Below the pieces are notes generated by a model that was not told the origin of the DNA, ran no database searches, and saw only the letters and a program-made list of their open reading frames with translations. Shown piece by piece: positions 35,239-48,190 of a stretch of DNA of 64,000 nucleotides. The translations under genes and the position numbers were made by a program. Within the stretch, counting starts at the first letter, position 1, and every line of letters begins with the position of its first letter. The stretch comes from Stegostoma tigrinum (Eukaryota): the NCBI RefSeq assembly GCF_030684315.1, contig NC_081367.1, positions 25,340,792-25,404,791 on the forward strand. The letters are read 5' to 3'.

Positions 35239-38200
35239 TATAAGACAGGTAAACTGTGAATTCAGAGTATTTTTAAAAGGTTTTAATTTGTGTGATGACT
35301 CCAGGAATAGAAGGGCTTGATTTTCAGTGTGCTACCCCTTTTGAGGAATAATACATCCTTGCCAGAAACCTCCATCTCTCAGTGTTTCGAGGATGTGGTT
35401 CCCACCTTAATTATGTGTGCTTCAACTGCTAATGATCACATTACTGAGGAGCTGATTTGTTTCTGATGTTGGTCACATATGCTAATTGAATACACCCTCA
35501 ATGAATCCAAGAATAGAACGTAAGGTTGTCATTTGTGGCAGCTGCATTACGAACTGCACAAAATGGGAACCCAAGATCATCATCACCCTTCAGCTGATGT
35601 GGACCCATCTTCAAATACAGAATTTCAAGCCTTAGGTCACCTCATTATGTGGCAAAGATACTCATCTTCCATATAATGGTGTACAGAAAACAATGGAAAA
35701 TTGTGCATTTAGAAGTGACAGTGAGAATGCCATGGTATTGGACCAACATATTTGTAGTGCAGAATTTTCTTCCATTGGGATTAGTACAGGCCGTAAAATT
35801 ACTTCTCCACATCAGGCTTCCTTGCAGGTCATTATTTAGTGATTTGTTCTGGTGCTGTGTGGTAGAGTTTGCTACTTAATCCTTGTAATCTCTGCATTGG
35901 ATAACTGGAGTATACATGGAGGCAACGTGTTTGGCCATGAGGATCCTTGAGAGTAGCAGCGTTCTGCCACCTAAGAAAAAGAGGTCATTTTTCAGACAGA
36001 ACAATATCTTCAGCACCCAAAATTGCAGAAACATCGGACAAAGCAATTCAGGAAGGCTTCCTTTGTGAATCTTATTCAGCGGAACCAGAGTTGTGTGAAG
36101 TCATCTTCACTGACTGCGAGTGTTTTCATGTTGAGTCCAGCATATGCTGTGTAAATTGTAAGTGCCCTTTAACAGTGTGATTTTTCTATTGGTTTATTGC
36201 TATTCAATTACAAACTGACGGAAGCCTTCACCACATCTAGCGCACCTTCATTTAATCCTGACAAAGTTCCATGCTAGAATGGTCCTGTGGAAAGGATAGT
36301 TATCATTCAGACAGCGTTAGAACATCTTGTGGTGATAAGGATGGCTACGTTCTCTGCGTTTACTTTTGCAATTTTAGATGAAATGACATTTGCACTCTCA
36401 GTTGATGATGAAAAGTGAACTTGTATGTACAAATGTGATAAAGATGCCGACTATGTGCCCTCACAAGGTTTTCTTTCTCATCCCACTACATCTTGATACA
36501 ATCCCAGGGCCTGCAACTGTGGTGCAATGAATCAACCCTAAAGGGGAACTGATTGGCATTGGCATTTTGGACAAATGACACCAGTGACTTTTTTGCCTAG
36601 AGTTTATAGGCACGTTAAGAGTGTTATACCTGGATATAGGCTTCCCTTCTTTGGCTTGAACTTCTCCAAGGCTGAGTGTTTGCTGGCACAGTAGAGGTGG
36701 ACAACGGTTGGCACCTGTGAGCAGATTCCTGGATGGTACCTGCTGTTCCCACCTTCATTTTTCTGAGAGGAAAGGGTGCCTGGACTGAGGTCAAGGTACC
36801 TGTTGCCTTGACTTTGGTGCTGAGCACCAATGGCTGGAGCACTGGAGAGCAAGTCTATGTGTATGCCTAGCAGACAGTTGTTCTGCTGGACCTGCAACTC
36901 TATGGCATCCATTAACCTCTCCACACAAGTGACCAGATGCCAAAGGCTGCATAGTACGGAAAGCACTGGTGGCATACTTTAACACGGAGCCAGTTTTCCA
37001 AGCCTCCATTAAGCTTGCTTGCTGCTCCTGTATTTGCTAGTGCGTTTGGATGAATTTTTAATGCCCAACATCATTGCTGTCCTCTCATGCCCAGGACTGA
37101 ACAGGTGCCTAGTTGCTGGCCAGTCTGAATGCCAATGACTTGGGATGTTTTCCTCAGACAGCTACAGAGATGAAGCAGTGTTGCAGTCACCAGAATATGA
37201 TCTTGACTGTAATTTTGCCCAAGTACTCACTGAAACCTCAATATCTGAATTGGTAGGCAGTGCAGGAAATAGCCTTGCCAGTACTTCCTCTGAGGGATCT
37301 TTTTCAAGAATGCAGGATGAGATGACATCTCGAAGGGCTGGCTTCTTATTGGTGGTGATTGTACGGATGCCAGTGGTACTTGTTGGAGGTAGAAATGAGA
37401 ATAAGCTGTGAAATAGCAGTCGAAGTTTGTCCATGCTAACGGCACATTTACAGTGCTGGTAATAGGAGAGCAGAGGAGCCCTTGACAATAAAATTTTCTT
37501 GGTTGCATGACCTTGGGGGTCTCAGCATCACTACTTGAACAATCACAGTCCTCTTCCCACTAAGGTAAGTAGTTTCTCCCCCTAAGAGGTTAGGAGACCG
37601 AATGTCAAGCAATTCAGAATCTGTCTTGGCTCTCTTTTCCATAACATGGCGCAGTTTCTCCTGGAGTCAGAAAAAGGAAGACTTGTGAGCTGAAAGACGC
37701 TGGCCCAACTTTTAATGTTGGTACAGGTGGAGGGAAGGGAGTGTGGTGTCCTGAGTAAGTGAGTGATTCAACAGTGCAGTGGACATACAAATTAGCATTC
37801 TCAGGCAGAGCAAGTGAGGGAAGATGCTGCATTCAATAGTGAAAGTAGACCATAAGCCTCTGTGGGTGGTGGTGCAGTAGCACTGTTAGAATGAGAGTGA
37901 GATAGCAGAAAGAAGTGGTGGCACTTCGCCAGTGGAAAGCAGAAGGTCACCTTCTTACACTCCTATGCGTTCCTTCAGATTGTGGACATCTCACTGTGCC
38001 ACGTGGCAAAGTCAGACTAAGCTGGTAGGGTCTGAATACTTGGCTAACCCTGAGTAAGGAGGTTGCCACTTCCATCATAGGACCTCCAGGTCCCTGCCAG
38101 CAAATTGGAATGCAAGCTTGCCAGTGGCAATTTTCTAAAATAAAGGTGTAACTAGGTTTTGTCCATATTTGTACCTCCTGCCAATGAAGGTAGGCAAAGA

Positions 38201-38584
38201 AAATGGTTTTGCTCCTTTGCTGGTTTGTTAACATTAAATCTCAAAAACTAACAGCTGGTTTCAGTAAAAAAAATTAGTACGCAGATGGGGAATAGCTCAT
38301 GGTAATACTGGTTGGCTCTTGGCAAAGCCCTGGATCAGATAATTGAATCCATTAATATTAAGATACGAGGCAAATTTACATTTTTCAGCAGTGTTGTGGG
38401 TTGTTTGATTTAGAATATTGTGGATGATCTCAGCTGCTGTGGTGAAATTTGGCACGTTTCAGAATGTGAGCTGTGCTTTTGGAGCAAGTTGTTGGATTTA
38501 GATTGGCATGAAGCTTCCTCGGTGATACGGTCTTTGATATTAATGAAAAGAATGGATTTTTCAGGACTGTCTAATTGCAACAGT

Positions 38585-38778
38585 ACTGGCAGCATCTGTG
38601 AAGGAGAAAATAGAGTTAAAGTTTTGGGTTCAGTGACCCTTGCTCAGAACTCAGCTCTGGACCTGAAACGTTAGCTCTGTTTTCTCCTTCACAGATGCTG
38701 CCAGACCTGCTGAGCTTTTCCAGCAACTTTGTTTTTGTTCCTGATTTACAGCATCCGCGGTTCTTTTGGTTTTTACTT
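38585..38778. mobile_element. Fold-back Penelope-pLTR-derived element with TSD
   Basis: Inverted arms at 38586-38633 and 38657-38704; TSD tctaattgcaac at 38570-38581 and 38779-38790. Confidence 0.8.
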
Positions 38779-39455
38779 TCTAATTGCAACGGTGTTGAGA
38801 TCACACAGCATGGTGGAACTTTGTGCTGTCCTGAGTGCCCTTTCCTTGTTTGCTTTTGTCACTGCGTGTTTCACTCAACTTTCCTTTGTTGCTTTTTGTT
38901 TTGATATTTGTGCTGGTTCAATACCAGACTGGCACATCCTTTCAATATTTGAGTTTGTATCATATGAGTAGAATGTTTTCAGAAAAGGGAAATTCCATTG
39001 GTTTACTTTGGACTTGTTCCTCTTCACTCCCTGTCCTCTCTTCTCATTCTGCACTTGGACGCTGGGAGTTAAATGCATGTATTTCTTACGATAAATATAG
39101 TCATTATCTCAGTGAAAATGACACTTTTGTGATATTCTTGAAGTTTGCTTCAAATTGCTGATATAGCGTCATGTTTCTGGGGATTCATTTGTGGTATGAG
39201 TTGGGATAATCAAGATACGTTGAATCTCTGTGTGTTATGAGAAGAAGTGTTTACAAACTGATTCCAGTCAGCGGTTTTCAATGTGTAAGACATATTAAGT
39301 TTGCCCAGTCTGTAACAATATTATGTATGTAGAATATACTTTGTTTATTTGGGATGCACCGAGATTTTCATGATGTTGAAACAGGTAAGAACTGCTCCTA
39401 CCCTAAAAATTACATTGGCAGGCAGGGCAAATATTTTAAGTGAAAGATCACATAT

Positions 39456-39669
39456 ACAGGGGGTCCCTGATTTACGAACATCTTAGAAATGCTTGAACGT
39501 AGGTACGCAATCCTATTCAGTTGTGTACTTTTGAAGATCTGATATGCAAAGATTTCCTGTATTTATGGACAGCTCCTTTATATTGTCCTGCATTGTGTTC
39601 TGACTTGGGTACAAATCAACTTGCGAACATAACCAGAAATATCACCTGTTTGCATCCTGGTCGACTACA
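39456..39669. mobile_element. Possible Tigger/pogo-type MITE
   Basis: Starts TA-CAGGGGGTCCCTGATTTACGAAC (Tigger-like TIR) and ends in a degenerate complement (tgtttgcatcctggtcgactac). Confidence 0.4.
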
Positions 39670-40569
39670 AATAATGTACTTAACAGAGCTCCATAATATA
39701 TGCAGCAAGCAAAGAGCTGGACAAGTATTGCAGCAACATTCAAATTTTATTTATCCTTTCTAATTTTTGCTTTGTTACTTTTATTATGGCTCCCAGATGT
39801 TGCAATTTATACAGTACTGTGCATTTGACATAACCTAAGCACAGTTTTGGAATGGCACTAACCTCATATCCGAGGTGTGCTGTTAATAACAGTAATTTGT
39901 GGAATCCTGTGCATGAGCATTTGAGGAGTAAATGCAGGCATCTTTCGTTCTGTAGACTTTACCTATACACTGCCATATGTGTATGTTTTGACAACTTGTA
40001 TAAATAACATACTTGAGATTTTAAAGTTGCAGCTTTTGCATTTAAGTGTCACTGTAAATGTTTATGTCCGTTTTGTTTGGAAAGTACCCTAAGTGCTTGG
40101 CATGAATATTCCCCTGCCTTATGTTAAACTGTACATTATATTATGGACAGTTTTCTCACAAGTCAACGTTGTGGTCTTGGCCCTACAAAGACAAGGTATT
40201 GCTTTAAGTTGAGCATTGGGGAAATACAAACAAATGAATTACGAGCAGTATGAGGCCCTTCAGCCCTTCAAGCTTTCTCCTATGATTTAAACGTTCATGA
40301 CTGAACCAGTTGTGGCTTTGTTGTTTACCTGCTATGCCCTTTTACTTTCTTGTCAGACACGTATCTATCAATTAGTATCTTAACCATATTCAATGTTTCA
40401 GCCTGTACTGCTCTTTGAGGAGAAAAATCTGCAGACTAATAACTTAGTCTTCTCTGTCTTATGTTATTTTTAAACTGTGTCCCCTTATTTTTTAATCTCC
40501 AAGAAGTAGGTTGTTGCATTGTTATTGGCACGAAAGTTGATTTGCATTGATCCAGAAGTACGGGAACTG

Positions 40570-41215
40570 AAATAAAAGAAAGTTGCACTTGTACAGCGCC
40601 CTTCACAACTTCCAAAGTAGTCCCTGCAGACAAACGTGGCAGCAGCTGTATGCTAGGTGTGATAATCTAGTGGTAATATCACTAGATTATTAATCCAGAG
40701 ACCCAAATCATGATCTGGGACCTGAATTCAAACCCTGCCATGGTAGATGTTGGAATTTAATTTAGTAAAGAAAAAATCTGAAATTGAGAGTCTAATGATG
40801 ATCATGAATTGTTAGAAAAGCCGTGTGGTTCACTGATATCCTTTCGGAAAGGGAATCTCCTGTCTGACCAATAGGTGACTCCAGACTCTGAGTAATGTGG
40901 TTGGCTCTTAATGCCCTCTGTTAATTAAGGATAGACATTAAATGTTGGCTTAGCCAGTAATGCCCGCATTTCATGGTTGAAGTAAAAAAACATGCACGGC
41001 AGAATTACTTAGACACCTGATTAGTTCATCTGTTTTGGTGGTGTTATTTGAGAGGTCATTGTTGACGAAGATATTATGAAATGCTTTCTTGTTTAAATGG
41101 CCTTGTTTTATTCACTCATAGCCCCCCTCAGTACAGCAGTCGGTGCACTGAAGTGTCAGTATAGATTATGGCCTTAAATCTTACAGAAAGAACCCATGAT
41201 CTCCTGACTGGAAAA
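40570..41215 (-). mobile_element. Old SINE (Deu-domain-like) interrupted by a second SINE at about 40657-40985 (+)
   Basis: Outer pieces resemble a reversed tRNA-head/Deu-type SINE. The inner element has gtggtaat..ttcaaaccc boxes and ggttcactgatatcctttcggaaagggaa..gtgactccaga. Confidence 0.45.
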
Positions 41216-41807
41216 TGAGCTCGATTAATGGGAATTTTACATCTGTTTTGGTGTTAGGAATGAGGGAACATCAGCATTGCTATATTTTTGGACTGAAGAT
41301 TTGTAAACTGTGTAAGACTTACCTTTTCTTTAATTAGTTCAAAAGTTTTATGAAATCTTTTCTTTGTCAGTGTTTTGCATTGTTCTGTAAATGAAAGTAA
41401 CAGAGTTTACATAACAGATTAATGAAAAATTAATTTGGTAATTTATTGGTATATTTATCTTTTTAATTTTTAAGAATGCAAGCATAATTTTTTCACATAC
41501 TTTTCCCCCTTTGAATGCATGATTTAATGACATCTGATAATGATTCTTCATTGCAAAATGTGGTAAATAGGTCATTAAACAAAGCAATACTGAAGAGGGA
41601 AGGATGTCTGACGTGAGGGCAAACTCTTGATATGGTCTTCAAAGTATTTGTTGAGCACCCCCAATTTTGCCACGTCCCTGCTATATTACCACATGGACAA
41701 GTTACATTTTCTGCAAAACCTTGCAAGGTGCTTCATAAAACTGAAAACTGCGGCCAACCAGCATTCTGGAGGCGCATGTAGAAATGAGAGAAGGAATTAT
41801 TGCCGTT

Positions 41808-41999
41808 AAAGCTCAAAAAGCCTGGCAGCATTTGTGAAGAGAAATCAGAGGTAACTTTTCTGGCCTGGTGACTGTTTCTCCAGACCCAAAATGTTAACTC
41901 TGATTTCTCTTCACAGATGTTGCCAGACCTGTTGAGCTTTTCCAGAAACTTTTGTTTTTGTTTCCGATTTACAGCATTTGCTCTTCATTTGACTTTTAT
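41808..41999. mobile_element. Fold-back Penelope-pLTR-derived element
   Basis: Arms cctggcagcatttgtgaagagaaatcagaggtaac / gttaactctgatttctcttcacagatgttgccag; degenerate TSD attattgccg / attatcgcag. Confidence 0.7.
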
Positions 42000-43309
42000 A
42001 TTATCGCAGGTCTCTGCTATGTGTGGACAGAATTGAAATGGAAAATTTAAACATTGCCTTTAAAATAGAAAACATCCCAAGGCACGCTATAAAGAATAAG
42101 GGTGAGACAGAGAGAAGACATTACTGAATACATTCGAAGCCAGGAGAGGATGGATAGATAGATAGATAGATTTTTGATCTCTTGGGAAATTGAGCGATAT
42201 GGGAAGCAGGTAGGAAAATGGAGTTGAGGCAGAGGATCAGCTGGGATGATAATGATGCAGCAGGTTGGAGGGCTTTATGGTCACGTCTTGCTTTGGTTTA
42301 CCTTCTTTGAAGGAGGATGGAATTGAACTTCATGAACACCACGAAGGGAGGCTAGACAGCATCTAATAGACATTTCAATTGCTGACTAGATTCTTATAAA
42401 ACATATGAAAACAACCTTCAAGTTCCTCAACTCATTATTTTAATAGAACAGTCACAATTTTAGTGTAACTGGAATTATAATTATCTGATGTCAGCTCAAT
42501 CCTTTGAAATGCCTGTAAGATTTTAAATTAACAAAATATCTTGATTGTTGCATGATATTATTTTCCACAAGTTCAAATGCAAATCTTGGTGATTAATGAG
42601 AAAGGCAACGTGCTGTATGTTTTTTTTTCCTCTTGTCCATACCAGACCAAAGTTAATTGATGGCATTGATAATGTCTTAGTTAAATTCAAATGTACATAG
42701 GTGTGGCTTCTATTTGATACTGAGTTCCCACAGAAATGAATTTTGAAGTGCAGTAAGTTAAAAATACTTGTGTATGAACAACAGAAGTTAGAGCTGGGGA
42801 AAAATGACTTTGCATATTTGGAACATAGAAATTGACAAAAAGAGCTTGTGTTTTATCTACCATCTTGATAATTGCATGACTGAATGAAATGGAGCTGTTG
42901 ACGAATGATAATCCATCTCTTACCAGCTTGCTGACAATAGAATCAGGCATGAGGGCAGGGCGAATCCCAGTGGTGGAAAGCTTTGGAACTAAGGTCCATA
43001 GCTGCTTGTTTCCTCCAGGCAAGCTATACTGACACATCATGTCATAAGTTACTCATGTACAGTATTCTATTCTGTTGTTTTCTGGAAAACAATCTACCCA
43101 ACTTAATTTTGAGGGAATCAATATTTTTTGTTTCACAGTCATCCTTGGGAGCCTGTTCCAAAAATTGAGCACTTGGCCTTTGAAATAATGTTACCTCAGA
43201 TTGGTTTAGAACTTACTCTATTCATCCTGTTCAGGGTAATGTAAAATTAAACATTTTGCCATAGTCTACATTATGTAGACCATTTAGAATCCTGAAAACA
43301 GGAAGCAAT

Positions 43310-43870
43310 TCACCTGAACTTATAGTTCTGCTCGCCAAGTCGGTGTGTTTGATTGCAGATGTTTTGTCACCCTGCTAGGTAATCTTGTTAGTGTGCTGCT
43401 GGTGAAGTGTTGGTGTTCTGCCCCATTTGTCATTTACATGCCTTGGTTTGCTGGCATGGTTGACACAACTTCCGCTTCTGTTTTTCAGTGGTTTGTATAT
43501 TGAGTCCAGTTCAACGTGTTTGTTGATGGTGTCCTGGTTGGAAGGTTAGGCCTCCAAGAATTCCCTAGCATGTGTCTGTTTGGCTCGTGCTACTATGGAT
43601 GTGTTGCCCCAGTCGAATTTGTGTCCTTCTGTTTCTGTGTGTATTGAGATCAGTGAGAATTGGTCATGTCTCTTGGTGGCTGGCTGGTGTTTGTCTGCAA
43701 TCAAACACACTGGCTTAGCAAGCAAGTCTACAACCTTATCCATAGCTTGAGCATTTCACTTGTTCACTTCCCTAGTTCACACAACACGCTTCCCAGTGTG
43801 ATCTTTCCTACAATTGCCTGGTTGGTGTTTTTTGTGTCACCTTTAATAACTATGTTGTGTTTTTGAACAG
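43310..43870 (-). mobile_element. Penelope-like element 3' fragment (GIY-YIG C-terminus and pLTR), second family
   Basis: KRHDQFSLISIH..EGHKFDWGNTSIVARAKQTHAREFLEA; decayed hammerhead terminus near 43355-43395. Confidence 0.75.
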
Positions 43871-44500
43871 TGGTAACCAGAATCTTGCTCAGTGTGGAAG
43901 AAATGAAAATGATGGAATTTCTTTGCTTTTTTGACTTATCAATGGCCTTAACACCTCTCAATATCTGATCTACTTTGCCAACTGTTATGAATATTGTTTT
44001 AATAGTTTGTTTTTTTTGTCATGATCTTATGAATATTTTAGTCTCCTGACAGGTTGTTTTCTTAGTTCAGTTCATCACACTAATTTGTAATGAAGACCTG
44101 TGCAGCTAGAAAATTGAAATACATGCTTTACATTTTAGCTATGCATATTACCTCAAGATGGGAACCTAATATGGAGTTGAAAGATAGCTGTGCAAATGAA
44201 TAAAATTATAGTAATAGCGTGCAGTACTCACATTTCAGTGAAGTGGATCACATTATAGTATGACTTTTGTTTTCATTATTTCTACAAAAGTTGCTGATAA
44301 TTACACCTGTGAAATGTCCAAAACAGATCAGTAGTTGGCATGCAGCTGTCCAATTAATATTATGATTTGAGCTCTTTCACAATGTGTCTAAAATAATCCC
44401 AACATAAAATTAAGTTGTATAAGCAAACTGAAACCTTATAACTTTCAACCTGATGTGAATTCATAATAGTTTACTGCAACACCAACAAGTTATTTGTTTA

Positions 44501-44691
44501 GGAGATAGTAGAAACTGCCGATGCTGGAGAATCTGAGCTAACACTGTGTGAAGCTGAAAAAACACAGCAGGCCAAGCAGCATCAGAGGAGCTGGAAAGTT
44601 GACGTTTCGGGTTGAGACCCGAAACGTCAACTTTCCTGCTCCTCTGGTGCCGCTTGACCTCCTGCGTTCATCCACCTTCACACTGTTATCT
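44501..44691. mobile_element. Palindromic Penelope-pLTR-derived element with a perfect 15-bp TSD
   Basis: Perfect 20-bp stem at 44593-44612 / 44617-44636, extending imperfectly to about 78 bp; TSD caagttatttgttta at 44486-44500 and 44692-44706. Confidence 0.88.
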
Positions 44692-44709
44692 CAAGTTATT
44701 TGTTTACCT

Positions 44710-44920
44710 TGATTGACTGGACAGCTAGTTGGCAGAGTAGTGACTCCAGAAGTAGGGGTTCAATTCCCACATTGGCTGAGATTACCGTGAAGGATTTTCT
44801 TTGTCTACCTCTCTCCTTGCCTGAGGTGTGGTGACCCGCAGGTTAAACCTTCGTCAGTTGTCTCTCTGTAATGAGAGAGCAGTCCTGTAGCCTGGTAAAA
44901 CTATGGTGACTTTACCTTTA
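44710..44920 (+). mobile_element. tRNA-derived SINE
   Basis: B-box-like ggttcaattccc near 44757-44768 and a (ctttac) tandem tail. Confidence 0.5.
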
Positions 44921-46339
44921 TGTTATAGAGACCGCAGTATACCCCCATACTCTCTAAAGGAAAGAAAATGCTGCTAAAGTATAATTATTTAGAAAAAAGT
45001 AAGAATTGAATCATACCACAAGGATTTCAAATATCTTTTGCAGAGTATATTTCTTATCCTACCAAATCATTTCCAAAACCTGGGGAGAAAAGTAAACTTT
45101 TGTAGACTTGCCTTCTTGGTTTGACTAGGTGAGATTTTATTGCTGCCTACCAAGTGCCAATCCTGAAACTTAACCGCAGAATTAAAGGCATGGATGAGGT
45201 GTTCTATTGTCATACACCCAAATTGCACGACCATAGTTGAATAGGGGATAAATTGAATGAGCAAGTTTGTGAAATATAAAACTCTCAAAGGAGTGATCTG
45301 AACTACTGTACCATAACAAACATGTAAAACAGACTGAAACTTTTAATCCTGTAAATTATAGCTGCAAAAATGTTGGTAAACTGAGAGTAATTTATGGTTT
45401 AATTAAAAATGTAGTATTTGGTGGGGGAAACAAACTAAATTGGAAAGAAAAGCGTAGTGAGACAAAATCTGATAGGTTCAAATGTTTATGTTTGCTATAT
45501 TTCTTCCTTTTTCCTTTCTTTCATTCATGGGATGTGAGTTTCACAGCATTAATTGGTCAGAGTGACTTTTCCAAACAACAAAATGGCATCTGCATCGGGA
45601 CTGACCGTGACAGAACACCAGTCTGCATGTGCACTCCTGACAAAACCATGTTCTTTCATGGTGACATCACTGTCATGCCTCAGGTTAGCTAGCACATCTG
45701 CTTTCTGTAGCCATGTTGCTGGACCCTATTGAGCCACTGCTTCCTTGCCACCTGGATCTGTACAGCCACGACTGTCAGCTTCCCACCCACCTTCCTTAAG
45801 TTGCAAAGCATAACCCGGAGCCAGAGCTGCTGCTCCTCCTGTTCACCCCTAACTCTTTCAGACCTCCAATGCCCATCTTCAATGTAGGATCAGAGTGATT
45901 ACGGCCTCCCAATCCTAAACTCTACTGTTTATGTGATTCACAGTGTTGACAGCACTGTTTGCTTTTTTTTTGTTTTTGGACATTTGCACTGGATACAGAT
46001 TTTATTGGCCATACCTAACTGAATTTTAGAAAGTGGTGGTGGAACTGCGTTCTGAAGTACTGTAGCCCATGTGATACAGGGGGTGCCCACAGTACAGATA
46101 GGTTGGAAATTCCTGGATTTTGATCTAGTGATGGTGAATGAGAGGCATTGTAGCTCCAAGTCAAGATGGTGCATAACTTAGAGGGGAGCTTGCATGCAGT
46201 GACTTTCTAATGCATATGGTGCCTGAGTAATCAAGGTAGTTGGGTGACAAGGTGCTGTCAAAGAATCCTTGGCACATTTACTACCGTGCATCTTGTAAAT
46301 GCGCTGATGCTGGAGGGAGCCAATATTTAATTTGGTACT

Positions 46340-46735
46340 CATAAAGATGTACAGCACAGAAACAGACCCTTCGGTTTAACTCGTCCGTGCTGACCAGATA
46401 TCTTAGATTAATCTAGTCCCATTTGCCAGCATTTGGTCCATGTACCACTAAGCACTTCCTATTCATGTACCCATTGAAATGCCTTTTAATTGTATCAGTC
46501 TCCGCCATCATCTCTGGCAAGTCATTCCATACACGCCCCACCATCTGCTTGAAAAGATTGCCTCTTAGTTCCCTCTTAAATCTTTCCCCATCATCTTAAA
46601 CCTATGCCATCTCGTTTTGGACTCCCCTACCCTAGGGAAAAGACCTTGGCCATGTACTCTATCCATGACCTTCATGATTTTATACACCTTTATAAGATCA
46701 GCCCTCAGCTTCTGATGGGCCACGGAAAATAGCCC
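46340..46735 (-). mobile_element. CR1-type LINE 3' fragment
   Basis: LRADLIKVYKIMKVMDRVHGQGLFPRVGESKTRWHRFK. Confidence 0.8.
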
Positions 46736-47436
46736 TATCATTAATACTTCATAATTTATTACCATTTTAAGTCCATCAGTTTGCCTTCTATTCTTCTTAC
46801 AAACATGACTCACATTTCACCTGTTTATAGTTTCTTGACTAATGTTTTAAATATACGTCACATGATATGGACAACAAAGTAGATTGTATGATGGGCTGTA
46901 GTGAACTCTGTTACACTCAGTACCTTCATGTTGCAATGTTATTATATCCTGGCTTCCCTCCAGACAAATCCTCATTGGGTCTGGAAATGTGGGGCTGGGC
47001 AGGGAATGGAATTTTAAAGTGCCACTGAATTAATTTGTCAATCCCTTGGTATACAAGGACATTTCTCCACATTATATTCCATCTGCCAATTAATTGACCA
47101 CTCAATGAACTTGTCCATATCCGTTTACAGCCTATTTGGTTGTCCTCATAGCTTTCTGTCCCACCTGACATGGTCTTGGAACCTAGAGACATTACACTTG
47201 TTTCCTTTGCCTAAATAATTTATATCGATTGTAAATGATTCTGTCTTAGCAGTGACTCTCTGGAACCCATACTGCTGCTAGTTCACCATGCTGGAAGTGA
47301 GGAAGAGTAATCTAGACTGCAAACATTGGCTTGTTTTTTTTCTCCATGTATGCTGCCTGACCTGCTTTGATCTCCAGCATTTTTTGTTTTCAGCTGGAAA
47401 TGACCCTGTTTCCTGCCCCCCAGCCAATCGTCCATC

Positions 47437-47722
47437 ATAGAATCTGTACAAAATCCCTTCAATGTGGAAACGGGCCATTCAGCCCAAAAAGTCCACAGCG
47501 GCTCTTCAAAGAGCATCCAGCCCAGATCGTTCCCCGACCCTATTCTGGTGACCCTGCATTTCCCATGGGCAATCCACCTAACCGGCACATCTTTGGACTG
47601 TGAGAACCCCATGCAGACACCAGGAGAATATGTAAACTCCACACAGACAGTTGCCTGAGGGTGGAATTGAACCCTGTTTGGTGCTGTGAGGCAGCAGTGC
47701 TAACCAATGAGCCACTCTGCTG
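47437..47722 (-). mobile_element. HE1/V-SINE-type shark SINE
   Basis: Same head, V-domain and tail (catagaatc..) as the copies at 7190 and 63657. Confidence 0.85.
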
Positions 47723-48095
47723 CCCAGGACACAGTAAACACTGTTGCACTGAGTATGCAGTTGGCCTTACTGTTCTTATCATGTATAGTCAAAGAACTGT
47801 CAGAGATGGGGATGCTGGGGGAGACAGAGAAGAGCACAGAGGTAAGCAGAGAGACAGTGACAGAGAAAGACAGACAGACAGACAGGGTGAACTGTAACTC
47901 TCTCCACTGTATCTGTCACTCTGCACATAAACCACCCCAAACCTCTCAAGTAGATTTCAATCTGTGACTCACTTTCACACATCTGCTATACTAGATATAA
48001 ACCATGTTGAACACCTCAATTAGATTTTTGTCCGTACCTTACTCCCCAGTATCAGTTATTCAAGATGTAAACCACATCAAACCCCACAAGAACTT

Positions 48096-48190
48096 ATGAG
48101 GAAGGGTCACTGGACCCGAAACGTCAACTCTGTTTTTCCCTTCACAGGTGCTGCCAGACCTGCTGAGCTTTTCCAGCAAATTTGTTTTTG
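48096..48190 (+). mobile_element. Short Penelope-pLTR-derived element with a near-intact hammerhead core
   Basis: ATGAGGA-A-GGGTC-ACTG-GACCC-GAAACGTC at 48096-48125, followed by the family body. Confidence 0.7.

Noticed and set aside
42152-42172. (GATA)n microsatellite, and (GACA)n at ~47868-47884
   Set aside because: Short, ordinary simple repeats.
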